From positions 1-64,000 of the IMG/VR virus record IMGVR_UViG_3300017766_003354: a DNA stretch of 64,000 nucleotides; one strand, written 5' to 3'. Positions 8,336 through 18,655 of the stretch are shown in pieces; position 1 is the first letter of the stretch, and every line of letters starts with the position of its first letter. The position numbers and the translations under genes were made by a program. Under the pieces are notes generated by a model. The model saw only the letters and a list, made by a program, of their open reading frames with translations. It was not told the DNA's origin and made no database searches. This stretch comes from a virus.

Positions 8336-8832
8336 ATCCAGCATCCGCAAAAACTTCAGTCAACCAAGTTCCCTTTCTTCACAAGTGGATCGCCCGCTCG
8401 TATCAAAGCCGAGGGAAACACGTTTTTGATTTCGGGGCAGGGAAAGAAGGAAAGGTCGATGAATTCATGAAACAAAAGGAGTTTGGGTATTGGCCTTATG
8501 ATCCTTTCAATCGCTCGCCACAAACAAATAATCTTTCTCTTGCTGCTTTGCCAGCTTGTGATTTTGTCCTTTGTTCAAATGTCTTGAATGTTTTGGAAGA
8601 CCAATATCTTGAAACGGTGATTGATGAGCTTTCCGCTTTTGCTTTTGCGACCAAAGCAAGGGTTTGCTATGTGACAGTTTACCACAAATCCAGCCTCCCG
8701 AAAAACCGCCAAGTTGGCGATCACTTCCAGCGAAATGAGCCGCTTGATTGGTATAAAGAAAAGCTGGAAAAGAAGTTTGATGTGGTAATTAAGAATGGCA
8801 AGGTTTTGATTTGTTTACTTGCCAAGAGCTAA
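8332..8832 (+). CDS. class I SAM-dependent methyltransferase-like protein
   Basis: VFDFGAGKEG (motif I), YDPFN, DFVLCSNVLNV. Confidence 0.75.
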   Translation: MNPASAKTSVNQVPFLHKWIARSYQSRGKHVFDFGAGKEGKVDEFMKQKEFGYWPYDPFNRSPQTNNLSLAALPACDFVLCSNVLNVLEDQYLETVIDELSAFAFATKARVCYVTVYHKSSLPKNRQVGDHFQRNEPLDWYKEKLEKKFDVVIKNGKVLICLLAKS

Positions 8833-8836
8833 AAGC

Positions 8837-8923
8837 CATAACTCGCTCGGGATCAGCGACTTACGAATCGCTGACCCCGTAGGGGTCGCCCAAACGTAAC
8901 CCCTTGATTCTCAACAACTTACA
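8837..8923. repeat. 87-bp palindromic element copy 8 (last in window)
   Basis: CATAAC-N17-CTTACG N7 GACCCCgtaGGGGTC N7 CGTAAC-N17-CTTACA; upstream ORF stops at 8832. Confidence 0.97.
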
Positions 8924-8980
8924 ACTTTTCCCTCGCCACTGTTCGCCCGCACACCCTAACAGTTAGAATCACCCAACACA

Positions 8981-9012
8981 AAAAAAGCCACCCAACTAAG
9001 GGCGGCCTTCTT
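8981..9012. terminator. bidirectional terminator at the convergence of + and - blocks
   Basis: AAAAAA GCCACCC aactaa GGGCGGC CTTCTT. Confidence 0.65.
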
Positions 9013-9282
9013 ATTAAGCCAGACTATTAAGAACTTGGCCGAAAAACCTAATCCTCAAACTCAGAAAAATCAACATCCTCCACATCAAGAGAAACCTCAA
9101 GCATCCCTTCCTTTATTTGATAATCAATGACAAAAACTTCATCTCGATTGACATCGGGATCTAAGACGGCAAAAACTGCTTCATATATTGAACTTAATCC
9201 TAAAGAATCAGGGATATCAATACAGACAGAAACATAATCATTCGCGTCTTTATTATCAAAGAGGTATTTCTTGTCAATCATA

Positions 9283-9720
9283 TTAGAGAAGGGTAAAATA
9301 TTCGTCATTGCCATCAAAAACTTCTTTTGTTGTATTAAAAAGCGCGGGCGCATAACTTTGCCCCATAAAATAATAAGAATCAGAACCATAATCCACACAC
9401 ACCAGACCAAACTGGCCCCCAAGACCAAAAATCATATAAATCCCGCCGTCTTTGTGTTTATACTTTTGGCCGACTTTTAGCCGCTGGGCGTCGATTTGGG
9501 CTTCGATTTCGGAGACTTTATTTTTTGCCTCTTGAAGCTGTTCTTCGAGAGGAAGCGAGACTGTTTCAAATCGGCTCATTTTGTAACCAGTAGAAATGCC
9601 ATTGTCATTTGTGATACGATAATGGTTTTCATTGATCACTTCAATGACTTCATATTCTTTCCCAATGGTGAGCTTTTCTCCATAAGGAAGGCGGTCATTA
9701 TTAATGCATTTTACTTTCAT
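9283..9720 (-). CDS. SH3-like + coiled-coil + KVG.KY.H repeat-family protein (paralog A)
   Basis: LTIGKEYEV...PLEEQLQEA...KVGQKYKHKDGGIY. Confidence 0.8.
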   Translation of the reverse strand: MKVKCINNDRLPYGEKLTIGKEYEVIEVINENHYRITNDNGISTGYKMSRFETVSLPLEEQLQEAKNKVSEIEAQIDAQRLKVGQKYKHKDGGIYMIFGLGGQFGLVCVDYGSDSYYFMGQSYAPALFNTTKEVFDGNDEYFTLL

Positions 9721-10868
9721 ATTTTTATTAGTTGCGGAGTGAGAATATTAAGGGCGGTCTAATTCACTAGGTTGTTTCACGGCAAAATCTTCTAGTAGAG
9801 AATAAAGGTCGTGCCGATATGGAGAAACGGCCAAAAGCTTCTTCGCTTGAAAGAGTTGCCATTTTGTGTCACCGTCTCTATCTTCGCGGCGGCGGGCAAG
9901 AATGAATCGGGTGATCCCTTTGGCATCGACAAGAATTTCGAGGCGATTGGTGATCAGTTCGTGGGCAATTAGTTTTTTCATGGCAAGAAGAAGGTAATAT
10001 TATTAGCCCAAGAAGTCAAGTTAATCTTCACAAGAAGCAACAATTTCCCCATTAGGCAAAACCCAACCCTCGATTTTTGTATGTGGGTGGCTGATTGGGG
10101 TAGTATGGGGACACCAAAAACCAAGAATATCTTTTTCTATACTGGCGGCCCGATCATCATAATAGGCATTGCATTCTTCCAAAGCAGCAAAATCATCCGC
10201 CAACTCTTCAACATACTTTCCTTCGAAGCGGTATTTGTTCATGGCCAAAAGATACTATATCTATTAAAGAGAGTCAAGAAATATCAGGATAAGACTTTCG
10301 CCGCTCTGTTTCTGCAACTACCCCATCCTGATAATCATAAAGCATTCTAGAAGCGTTAAGAAGGGCGGCGGCCATATTTGCAGTAGATAGATTATCAAGG
10401 CTCTCATCTGTCATAAGCCAACCCGCCACATAGTCTTGGAAGTCTTGTTTGGTTATTTTGATTTTCATGCGAGAGGAAGGAAGAGGCTTTATTAAAGAAT
10501 GTCAAGAAATAATAGCCGCAAGAATGCCAAGCATTATAAGCCCAAGAATCAAAAACGGACCAAGGTTGTGTGGATCAGTCATAGGGGAAGGGTGGTTTGC
10601 TTATTAAGATCTTTTCAAAAAAACCGAGGTCAGATACCAAATCCCCGCCATCTGCACAAACGTTACATTCGGGACAACAGGAAAAACCACAGCAAGCGCA
10701 TAATTCCAGCAAAGATACAAAACAAAAACAACTGTTGAAAGTCCAACAAAGAGCCCCAAATACTCAGCCAGAACTTCGGTCCAAGTCTTTTTTGCGGGCT
10801 TCTGTTTTAGAATTGAACGATATAGATTCAACTCTTCTTGATCACTCTCTGATAGGTTTTCGGGCATA

Positions 10869-11303
10869 TTAATCAATTTTGGTAAAATACTGGTGATGAT
10901 GGTAGAAAGCTTCATCAATTGTATCGTGCAGCTCCTTAGTATAAGACTTTCCATTCTCTTCTCCATCATAACAGATGAAAGTATATTGACCATTTATTTC
11001 GACCAGAATGTATTTGCCTCCGTATGTATGATGATATTTGTCTCCGACTTTTGGGGCTTTGAGTTCTTGTAGTTCCTTATTAAGGTTGTCTAGGAGATTT
11101 TGGGCTTCTTGAATTGCATTTTCTTTTTCTTCGATTGGAGAAAGGGGAAGAAGCTCGACCCTCCACTTATACATTCCAACCAAACCATTGGGAGTTGCCA
11201 AATCATAAAACTCACTGCATCCATATTTTTTAGAACAGTCGTGGACTTCCACTATTGTTCCTGCTGGGATGTTTTGGTATTCTTCTAGTAGTTTTGCTTT
11301 CAT
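10869..11303 (-). CDS. paralog B of the same family
   Basis: SPIEEKENAIQEA...PKVGDKYHHTYGGKY; start ATG 11303. Confidence 0.8.
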   Translation of the reverse strand: MKAKLLEEYQNIPAGTIVEVHDCSKKYGCSEFYDLATPNGLVGMYKWRVELLPLSPIEEKENAIQEAQNLLDNLNKELQELKAPKVGDKYHHTYGGKYILVEINGQYTFICYDGEENGKSYTKELHDTIDEAFYHHHQYFTKID

Positions 11304-11304
11304 T

Positions 11305-11766
11305 TTAGTTGATTTTTGTGAATTTGTATTCGAAACATGCAAAGATATCCTTAATTTCTTTTGTAAAATGGCTATAGGGCAAGCCCAAAGCTCTTTCTTT
11401 CCCATAATAACAAATAAGAGAGAAAAGACCATTCATTTTGACCACAAGATATTTATTGCCCGCCTCATGTTCATACTTATCTCCTACCTTGGGGGCAGAG
11501 AGATCGGCCAATTCTTTTTCAATAGACGAAATTTGTTTTTCGAGTTCTTTGATGGTGCTTCGGGCTTCTTGAATTTGGCTTTTCTTTTCTTCGATTGGAC
11601 TAATATTGTCTGGCACAATAACAAAATCATCGTATATCAAAGAAAACTTCCATTCATCTCCGTCTTTAGCGATGACTGTAATGTGATCTCCCTCCTTTTT
11701 AAGAACGTCATAAGTCTTTCCCCGTTCCCGAAGGCAAGTGTCACTTCCTAGATATGTTACTTTCAT
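11305..11766 (-). CDS. paralog C of the same family
   Basis: SPIEEKKSQIQEA...PKVGDKYEHEAGNKY. Confidence 0.8.
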   Translation of the reverse strand: MKVTYLGSDTCLRERGKTYDVLKKEGDHITVIAKDGDEWKFSLIYDDFVIVPDNISPIEEKKSQIQEARSTIKELEKQISSIEKELADLSAPKVGDKYEHEAGNKYLVVKMNGLFSLICYYGKERALGLPYSHFTKEIKDIFACFEYKFTKIN

Positions 11767-11784
11767 GTGTTTTGTTATTAAAGG

Positions 11785-12033
11785 TTAGCCGACAACTCCA
11801 TCATTCCATTTTCCAAGATAGACAACCCCATCATTCGGATCTTCATCCTAAGCATACATAATATCATAAAGCCCGCCATCTTTTACAAGAAGAGAAATAT
11901 TCAACCAGTCTGTAGGATCAATACCATTAATAGATACTATCGTTCCATCTGTATATAGGCATTTCTCGAATTGAATTGGCTTCTTTTGTTCGGTAGTAGC
12001 AGTGGGGTCGAAAAGGTTTACGATTTTGGTCAT
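11785..12033 (-). pseudogene. hypothetical gene with an in-frame TAG at 11848-11850
   Basis: frame continues ...DIMYA*DEDPNDGVVYLGKWNDGVVG to TAA at 11785. Confidence 0.5.
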
Positions 12034-12808
12034 GCGCGGAGTTTAGTTGGTTTTTGGGGCTGTGTCAAGGTGTTTTTCTCTATTTTAGCAAAGTTTTATA
12101 GGGTTTTGGGGCTAATTATAAAAAGTTTTCTCTGTTTTTAGGTTTTGGTTTTATCTGGGCTGGGGCGAAACAACACTATTTGCCAATATCATGCTAAACT
12201 TTTTAGTATTTTTAGCTATTATTTGAGAAATTTTATGTTATTTGGGGGCTGTTTTGATCGATTTGAGGCGATTTGAAGCAGTCCAAAAAAGAGCCAATTT
12301 GGTTTTATTTGGGTTTTTCTTTGTTTGATTTTCGGGACAGCGTGCGCTGTAGCCCTACTGCTGTATAGGATTTTTGAGTTTACTTGTATTTTGCAAGTAT
12401 TATTTGGGTATTGAGAGCGCGTGCCAGATCCAGAAAAACAAAGAAAAAACCAACATTTCAAAAATAGAATTTCAAATTCAAATCATCTTTCTTATCTCTC
12501 TTATTATCTCTCCCTATATTAAACCCTATAGCCTTCTATTAGAGAAAAAGAAAATAGAATAAAGGAAACCCTATATTCTATAAGGGTTCCAGACGATTCG
12601 GCTGAGAGAAATTCTACCCATTATTTGTCACAGGTTGAAGAAAAAAAGAGTCGAGGAATAAGGCTATACAATCTAAACACAAGAAGCCCCGAAACCCTTC
12701 GGCTGGTCTCGGGGCTCCCCTTTCCTCCATTACAATGAATATTAAAAATCAGCCAGTCTTTGGGGATAATGAAGAAGTAATAATTAAATTACTAAATTAT
12801 AGCCCCAA
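12034..12808. other. long AT-rich non-coding gap, candidate replication origin
   Basis: no credible ORF; local T/G to A/C skew switch; three AAACCCTATA copies. Confidence 0.45.
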
Positions 12809-13222
12809 TCACTTCCCATAAACCCTCACAATGCTTTCGTTGAGTGGGTTAGGAACATTTTTAAAACCAACTTCTGGATGTTCTTTCCTACAATCCCGCA
12901 TAAACTTATCAAAATCTCTTTCCGAATTACAGGCCCAAATTCCAGACCACTTTTCAGGAGCATCTTCCTTCCATCCGTAAACTTGCCAAAACTCCCTCAT
13001 ATCAGCCTTACCAGTGTAGAGAAAAGACTTGATAAAAGAAGCTGCTCGATCTGTTTCATAATCGACACAATAATAGACTTTAGAAGCAAGCTTTCCTTTT
13101 GCAGGCAGAATGACTTCGACCTCGCTTCTGGAACGTTTGAGGATCTTAACTTTTGTTTTGTCGAGCTTTTGGCCCAGCTTTTTCTCGATCTTGGATTTGA
13201 AAGAAACAATGGAGTATCTCAT
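12809..13222 (-). CDS. hypothetical protein
   Basis: ORF with leaderless promoter TTGACT-N17-TAAGAT-N6-ATG. Confidence 0.8.
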   Translation of the reverse strand: MRYSIVSFKSKIEKKLGQKLDKTKVKILKRSRSEVEVILPAKGKLASKVYYCVDYETDRAASFIKSFLYTGKADMREFWQVYGWKEDAPEKWSGIWACNSERDFDKFMRDCRKEHPEVGFKNVPNPLNESIVRVYGK

Positions 13223-13727
13223 GGGCGGATCTTAATTGAATTTTAAATCAGAGTCAAGATATTACCACCGAAAAGATGCACAATCATATCCGCATTCATA
13301 TTTATATTCTCCGAATTGCTCAATAAAAGCCAAAAATCCTTCTTTTTCTTCCCAATACAATGAGGATCTCATTTTGTCCTTCTTGTTGGTGACGGTCCGA
13401 CCAACATATTCATCAGCAGGATGAATAATTAGGTTTTCCTTGGCGCAAATTTGTTCGATTAGCTGGAATACTTCTGGAGTCATGAGGGGATTCTGTATTT
13501 AAATTCGGGTTCTGTCAATATAATTCAATATTATATTTTTCCGCCAGATCGTGACGATAGCGATCAAAATCAACAAAACCATTAAATTCGTCCCTCAAAA
13601 CCCACTGTCCATCAAGAAGGCTCCCACTAGGAGAACTCCCATATTCTCTGGCCATGTGCCATCCGTTTTCGGAAATATATTTGGTGTCTGAAACTGATTT
13701 CATTTTCATGGCGGCATTCTATTTTAA

Positions 13728-14069
13728 TTATTCTCCCTTGTCAATATGTTTTGCGGCCCAATGTCTCACAAAGTCCATTCTCGCTTTGTTTTCGAAGCAG
13801 TTGCCCGCCGTGCATTCGTCCATATACTCTCCTACATCAGTGTTGAAGGGGTAGTCATCTTTGAAATTATCATAGAACAAGTTTGCTTTTCCGTAATATT
13901 CTTTGTTATAAGCCCAATATGACATATTACTGCAAAGCCCGAATAATGGAGTAAAAATTTTGTTTCTGTTCTCGGCAGGGACTTCCAATTCTTTCAACAG
14001 GTCAAAACAAAAAGCCGCGATCATTTGTTTGTCGGACTTTGGGAGATTTGGTTTTAGGTATCTTTTCAT
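13728..14069 (-). CDS. hypothetical protein
   Basis: ORF with upstream TTGACA promoter. Confidence 0.7.
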   Translation of the reverse strand: MKRYLKPNLPKSDKQMIAAFCFDLLKELEVPAENRNKIFTPLFGLCSNMSYWAYNKEYYGKANLFYDNFKDDYPFNTDVGEYMDECTAGNCFENKARMDFVRHWAAKHIDKGE

Positions 14070-14107
14070 AGCGGAAATATATTAAAAATCAGTGAGCCTG
14101 TCAATAT

Positions 14108-14566
14108 TTAAATAACAATCAGAATCCTAGAAATCTGATTAAGTATTTCTATTTTTATTTGCTGTTGGCTGAGTCTTGGTTCGTATGTTCCTTTGCGATC
14201 CCCATATCCCCAATAATTGCCAGAATAATAAGCCCGTCCATCTTTTGTTTTTTGAACGCAGGGATTATATTTTCTTTGAATTAATGCTGCTTCTTCGTCA
14301 AATGATTGCCCGTCGGGCTCACAATCCCAAGCTTCGGCTACGTTCTCATAACCAAACTTGAAAGCAAGATCCAACAATTCTTTCTCTTTTTTGGATTGGA
14401 TTTTTCTGCTTTTGTCCCAATTGTGGCCCCAAACATCATTATTATTGCTGCGATTAGAAAAAGAAATGCCCACATACTTCCAAGTATTGTCTCCAATATT
14501 TTGAAATTGGTAGATTTCTATTGAAGTGTCTGAGACTTGGTGCTGGATTTTGATTGATTGATTCAT
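14108..14566 (-). CDS. hypothetical protein
   Basis: ORF track, co-oriented and tightly packed. Confidence 0.7.
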   Translation of the reverse strand: MNQSIKIQHQVSDTSIEIYQFQNIGDNTWKYVGISFSNRSNNNDVWGHNWDKSRKIQSKKEKELLDLAFKFGYENVAEAWDCEPDGQSFDEEAALIQRKYNPCVQKTKDGRAYYSGNYWGYGDRKGTYEPRLSQQQIKIEILNQISRILIVI

Positions 14567-14782
14567 AATCAGCCTTCTACAATAACAACAGACTGCCTAA
14601 TAAATTCTCCCGAAAATAGGGTTGTTTTGTCGTCTTCTTCCCAAGAATAAGAATTAATTTCTCCTTTTTGAATGTCTTTTATGTCTTGGATTGCCCTCTC
14701 TTTAAGCTCGGGAGATACGTTGCGAGACAACATCTTTAGCACGAATTCTCCTAGTTGTGGGTGTCTGATGGTGATTTTCATA

Positions 14783-15157
14783 TTAATTTTCTATGATTGC
14801 TTCTGCTACTTGTCCGTGATACCAAGGACTCACATATATTTCCTCACCTTTCTCCATAGCGCAAGCAAATTGTTCGAAACTTTCTCCAATACCATCTGAC
14901 CATTGGCCTTGAGTATAATCGATTAGTTCTTTCAATTCTTCTGGAAGAAGGGGCTCTTTGGCAGAATATTCGGTGAGGGTATAAAGCTCTCCATTCTCAA
15001 CAACAAACTTCATATACCCACTTTTAAGTTTATAAGCGAATAGGTAATCGCGATAATCAAGATATTCAACGAAATCTTCCTGATAGTCAACTCCATGCAA
15101 GATATTGACGTTTTCAGCGTTATGTTCGCCGCTTTTAGCTTTGATTGTTATTTTCAT
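14783..15157 (-). CDS. hypothetical protein (YTQGQWSDGIGESFEQ motif)
   Basis: ORF track. Confidence 0.75.
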   Translation of the reverse strand: MKITIKAKSGEHNAENVNILHGVDYQEDFVEYLDYRDYLFAYKLKSGYMKFVVENGELYTLTEYSAKEPLLPEELKELIDYTQGQWSDGIGESFEQFACAMEKGEEIYVSPWYHGQVAEAIIEN

Positions 15158-15925
15158 TGTTTTATTGGAATGTGATTGCGTCCCAAAAATGTAGCAGTCT
15201 TTGGGTATCTGTTAACTCTGGATTTCGAAAAGCGAAAACCGTCAAAGCCACCGAAAAATAAAGACAGATCCCAAAAATGATGGCTGCGATTGAGCAAAAG
15301 ATCCAGTCTTTTATATTTTTTGTGCTCATGGGAAATTGTGGTATTTTATATTGCTTTTTTTAGCTGCTTTAAAGAGATGGTCGAGAAAATATTTTGCTTC
15401 TTCTATGGTTTTGTAAGCCCTAGTCTGCGATCCAAAAGGTCCAGCAAAAGAAAAGTGGCACCAAAACCCCAAAACCCGTTTTTGTGGATAGAATCTTACT
15501 TCTCCACCTGAGAATTGTTCTTCTTTGATTCTTGTTTTCATTTTATTTTTCTAAAATAAAGATTTGTAATTCGGGCAGGCTTTCGTTAATCAGGCTGGCC
15601 CAAGCTTCATCTTGGGCTTTAGGAATTGTTCCTTCGTTATATTCCTTTGAGTCTCGGATAACCGCTTCACACAGTTGTTGTAACTTTTTTGTATCTAAAG
15701 GTGATTTCATTTTATCCTCCTGTTTTAATTCTGCGGGGCTTTACTTTTTTTTGCTTGCAGGGACCAAATAATTGCTTTCTGATAGTATCCAACGTTTCAC
15801 TCATTGAGTCAAGAAACATTTGGCGCTCTTCTGGGGTCCATTCCCGACGTTCGGGTTTTGGATTGGGGTTAGCCTTGCGCTGTTCGAAGGTTCCTCTGTT
15901 TTTTTGCTTGGCCCATGGTTTTGTT

Positions 15926-16225
15926 TTAGTAAATTGACTCCGAATACAATCTCTGGCCCCATTCTGGATAGTGAAAGAGCAGTTGTCCAGCTTTTTCTGC
16001 AATAATATATGCGTCTTCTCTGGAATACCACTGTCCCCACTGGTCGATGAATCCTTGCTGGAATTCTCCCCATTTTTCTCCTTCTCTGATCTGAGCCCTC
16101 ATTGTATTATCCCAATGGCGCGGCCCAAGAATTAATCGGCCTGAAGTTTTGTGCTTATTGGCGGCACAAACGATTCTTGATTGGGGCTTAATCAGGTTGT
16201 TCTTTTGCCAGTAGTCTTCACTCAT
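15926..16225 (-). CDS. hypothetical phage protein (IVCAAN...GPRHWD...QGFIDQWG...LYSE)
   Basis: recurrent phage small-protein motif pattern. Confidence 0.75.
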   Translation of the reverse strand: MSEDYWQKNNLIKPQSRIVCAANKHKTSGRLILGPRHWDNTMRAQIREGEKWGEFQQGFIDQWGQWYSREDAYIIAEKAGQLLFHYPEWGQRLYSESIY

Positions 16226-16327
16226 AAATTTTCCTTTCCAAAAAAGACTCTACAAGAGCCCCAACATGTCGTCAAGGATCAAGTGCCACAAATTAATCAA
16301 AACGCCGAGAAATCGCTTTATATAAAC

Positions 16328-16630
16328 TCACAACGCCCTGAATTGGCGAATAGAGTCGTCGTATTTTTTTTGTTCTTTTTTTCTCTGCTTGAACAGTTCG
16401 GCATCATAATAAACCTCAAATTGATCATCTCCTAGACGATCATCAATCCAAATAGGAGCACCAAAAAAGTAATCCTGCGATCTAAAATAGTTGGCGGCTA
16501 CGCTTGAACTCTTTTCGCACTCGTCTCTTAGCCTCTGACGCATCAAAGAATTGCAGAATATGCCCAAAAGAGGTTTTTCTTTTGGCAACCGCAGTCTTGC
16601 GGCATCCATTGCTTCTAGGAGATTGTCCAT
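16328..16630 (-). CDS. hypothetical protein, paralog of the N-terminal part of 21404-22168
   Basis: MDNLLEAMDAARLRLPK...FFGAPIWIDDRLG. Confidence 0.75.
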   Translation of the reverse strand: MDNLLEAMDAARLRLPKEKPLLGIFCNSLMRQRLRDECEKSSSVAANYFRSQDYFFGAPIWIDDRLGDDQFEVYYDAELFKQRKKEQKKYDDSIRQFRAL

Positions 16631-17640
16631 TAGAGTTTTGAGATTTGAGTCTGAAACCACCTTGCCGCTTTCTTAGAGACTGCTGCGCCGAATTCTTTTC
16701 GGGAAATATCAGAGGCTCGAATTGAGTCTCCTTCTTCTTCCCACGCATCATCAATTAGCAAACAAATAAAGTTTTTGATGTTTTGCGGCACCTTGTCTTC
16801 CTCGCATTTTACAACCTTGTCGAAGATTTGGGCCATTCTGTCTTCATGGCAGTAGGTCTCGACGCACTCTTGAATGGAATCAAGACGTTGAACGTCAACG
16901 GTTGGCATCTTTTTGATCTTGAACTCGGAATGTCGAGCGTCTTTAATTTTAAATGCCATGTCAAATCCAAACTGTCCAGCTTGAGAAGCCACAAAACCTT
17001 CTCCTACGCCCGAAACACCGAAAGTCTTAGCGAACGGACACTCTAATCCAATTTGATCGGCCCACACGCTCATTTGGTCGATCATTTTGTCTGGGCGATT
17101 TAGATCGACTTCAAATTCAAAAACTGGAGCGCGATTAATGTGATAGATCCCCAATTCTTCATTGCGAATTTCTGAAGAGTCAATCCATTCAGAAGAATCG
17201 TCCTCAAAGATCAACTTCGCGCCAAAAACGATCATCATTTTGGGCAATTGATTCATTGCGACCCCCTTTTGAATCGACCCTCCCGCCCACTCGGAAAAAA
17301 TAACACAATGTTTTACTCCATCAACGAACTTATCTTTAATCTTGTCAAAAATTTTGTGTCCATCTTTATATGCAAAGTGCGCGGAACCCGCGTTGTCTTT
17401 AACTTCGTCAATAATGTTTTCCCTAGACTGAGCGTAAAAAGAACCATCTTTAGAGAACACCAAAGAAAAATTAGTCCCATGGATTTTGCAACGACCGACA
17501 AATTTTAAGATAGGCCAGACAGCAGGCTCTTGGTAAATGGGATTTCCGTCTCCATCTTTCCCTGCATAAGAAAGACGTAATTTTAAATCTCTCAAAACCT
17601 GATGGTATTGACGGATCTTAGGGAACGAGTAATGCTTCAT
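16630..17640 (-). CDS. rnl2: RNA ligase, Rnl2 family
   Basis: KIHGTNF (motif I), QSRENII, FSEWAG, GEGFV, FKIK. Confidence 0.85.
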   Translation of the reverse strand: MKHYSFPKIRQYHQVLRDLKLRLSYAGKDGDGNPIYQEPAVWPILKFVGRCKIHGTNFSLVFSKDGSFYAQSRENIIDEVKDNAGSAHFAYKDGHKIFDKIKDKFVDGVKHCVIFSEWAGGSIQKGVAMNQLPKMMIVFGAKLIFEDDSSEWIDSSEIRNEELGIYHINRAPVFEFEVDLNRPDKMIDQMSVWADQIGLECPFAKTFGVSGVGEGFVASQAGQFGFDMAFKIKDARHSEFKIKKMPTVDVQRLDSIQECVETYCHEDRMAQIFDKVVKCEEDKVPQNIKNFICLLIDDAWEEEGDSIRASDISRKEFGAAVSKKAARWFQTQISKL

Positions 17641-18655
17641 TTTGATTCTGTTGTTGGTTGCGCGTTAGTCTCCATTTTTTTCTCGCTAATGTCAAGGGAA
17701 ATCGAGAAACTTCCAATTGATATTCTTGTTGTAAGAAATCGCAAATTTTTTGCAAAGACACCCCTTGTTCAAAAAGCTCTTCGCACTTTAACCTTACTTC
17801 ATTGTTGATTTTCTTGCGCAAATCTACTCGGTCTATTAGGCTGTTCTCAAAAGCTAATTCAAACCGTTCTTTTTTGCGTGACAAAGAAAAAGAGTTTTCG
17901 CTATCTGCATACAGCCATTCATACATTTTTCTTATTGATTCTTTTGATTCGCAAGTGATGGCGGTTGACGCTGATATTTTCGAGTAATTATATTTGTGTA
18001 GTTTGACGCCCGACTTTTGATAGATTAAATCAATAAAATCTTGAGCCACTTCTTTATTAACGCAGAGAGAGAAAAAATAGTTGTGCCTTGTCTTGTTGGA
18101 CTGAGTGGTTATACATCCATCCCCATCAAAATACCCTCTCATAAAATGATTGCTATAAGGACCATAAGCAACTGGCGGCAATTTAAAATTATAGGTTTTA
18201 TTCGGAATAACCCCATTATTTATAAGGTCTTCCCCCATCGTGTTGTTCCTAATGTCCACCCTACAATAAAATCCATCTTTGTTTTTAGGGGTTTTCTTGG
18301 AATAGAAACGGATATTCCCATTAAACTCCAGTTCTTTTTTTAAAAATTCCAAAAACTCAACATCTTGTTGTTGTATTTCCACCCTCAAGTTCCACGCTTT
18401 CTTTTCGAAACGAATACAGCCATCAGCAGATAAAAACCCTAAAATATATGCTTGGTTTGCACACTCTTTTTTAAAATAATCTTCGTTTAGACTGAACTGC
18501 TTGCCCCCTCGCCATTTGACATGAGGATTCTTTTTGATCCAATAACGAAGCTTTATGAGGTCTAAGGAATAAAAGTTAGCTAGGTCTTTTAACTTTTCAT
18601 AGTTATTGTATTTGTCTATGATTTCTTTTTGAAGTGTTGGATGTAGGTTTCTCAC
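17618..18655 (-). CDS. LAGLIDADG homing endonuclease (double motif)
   Basis: AYILGFLSADGCI and FMRGYFDGDGCI. Confidence 0.92.
   Translation of the reverse strand: MRNLHPTLQKEIIDKYNNYEKLKDLANFYSLDLIKLRYWIKKNPHVKWRGGKQFSLNEDYFKKECANQAYILGFLSADGCIRFEKKAWNLRVEIQQQDVEFLEFLKKELEFNGNIRFYSKKTPKNKDGFYCRVDIRNNTMGEDLINNGVIPNKTYNFKLPPVAYGPYSNHFMRGYFDGDGCITTQSNKTRHNYFFSLCVNKEVAQDFIDLIYQKSGVKLHKYNYSKISASTAITCESKESIRKMYEWLYADSENSFSLSRKKERFELAFENSLIDRVDLRKKINNEVRLKCEELFEQGVSLQKICDFLQQEYQLEVSRFPLTLARKKWRLTRNQQQNQNEALLVP

Noticed and set aside
333-8923. CRISPR array interpretation of the repeats
   Set aside because: Repeats are 87 bp and degenerate, the intervals are ~1 kb and contain genes, and there are no cas genes.
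333-8923. Canonical integron attC or Xer dif sites
   Set aside because: No RYYYAAC/GTTRRRY consensus, the N17 segments of the two arms pair poorly with each other, CATAA/TTATG are not at the dif 6-bp spacing, and no IntI is in the window. Kept only as an analogy.
17618-18655. Group I intron or intein hosting the LAGLIDADG gene
   Set aside because: The RNA ligase ORF looks complete, no split exons or intron core are visible, and the gene has its own GTGTAA motif.
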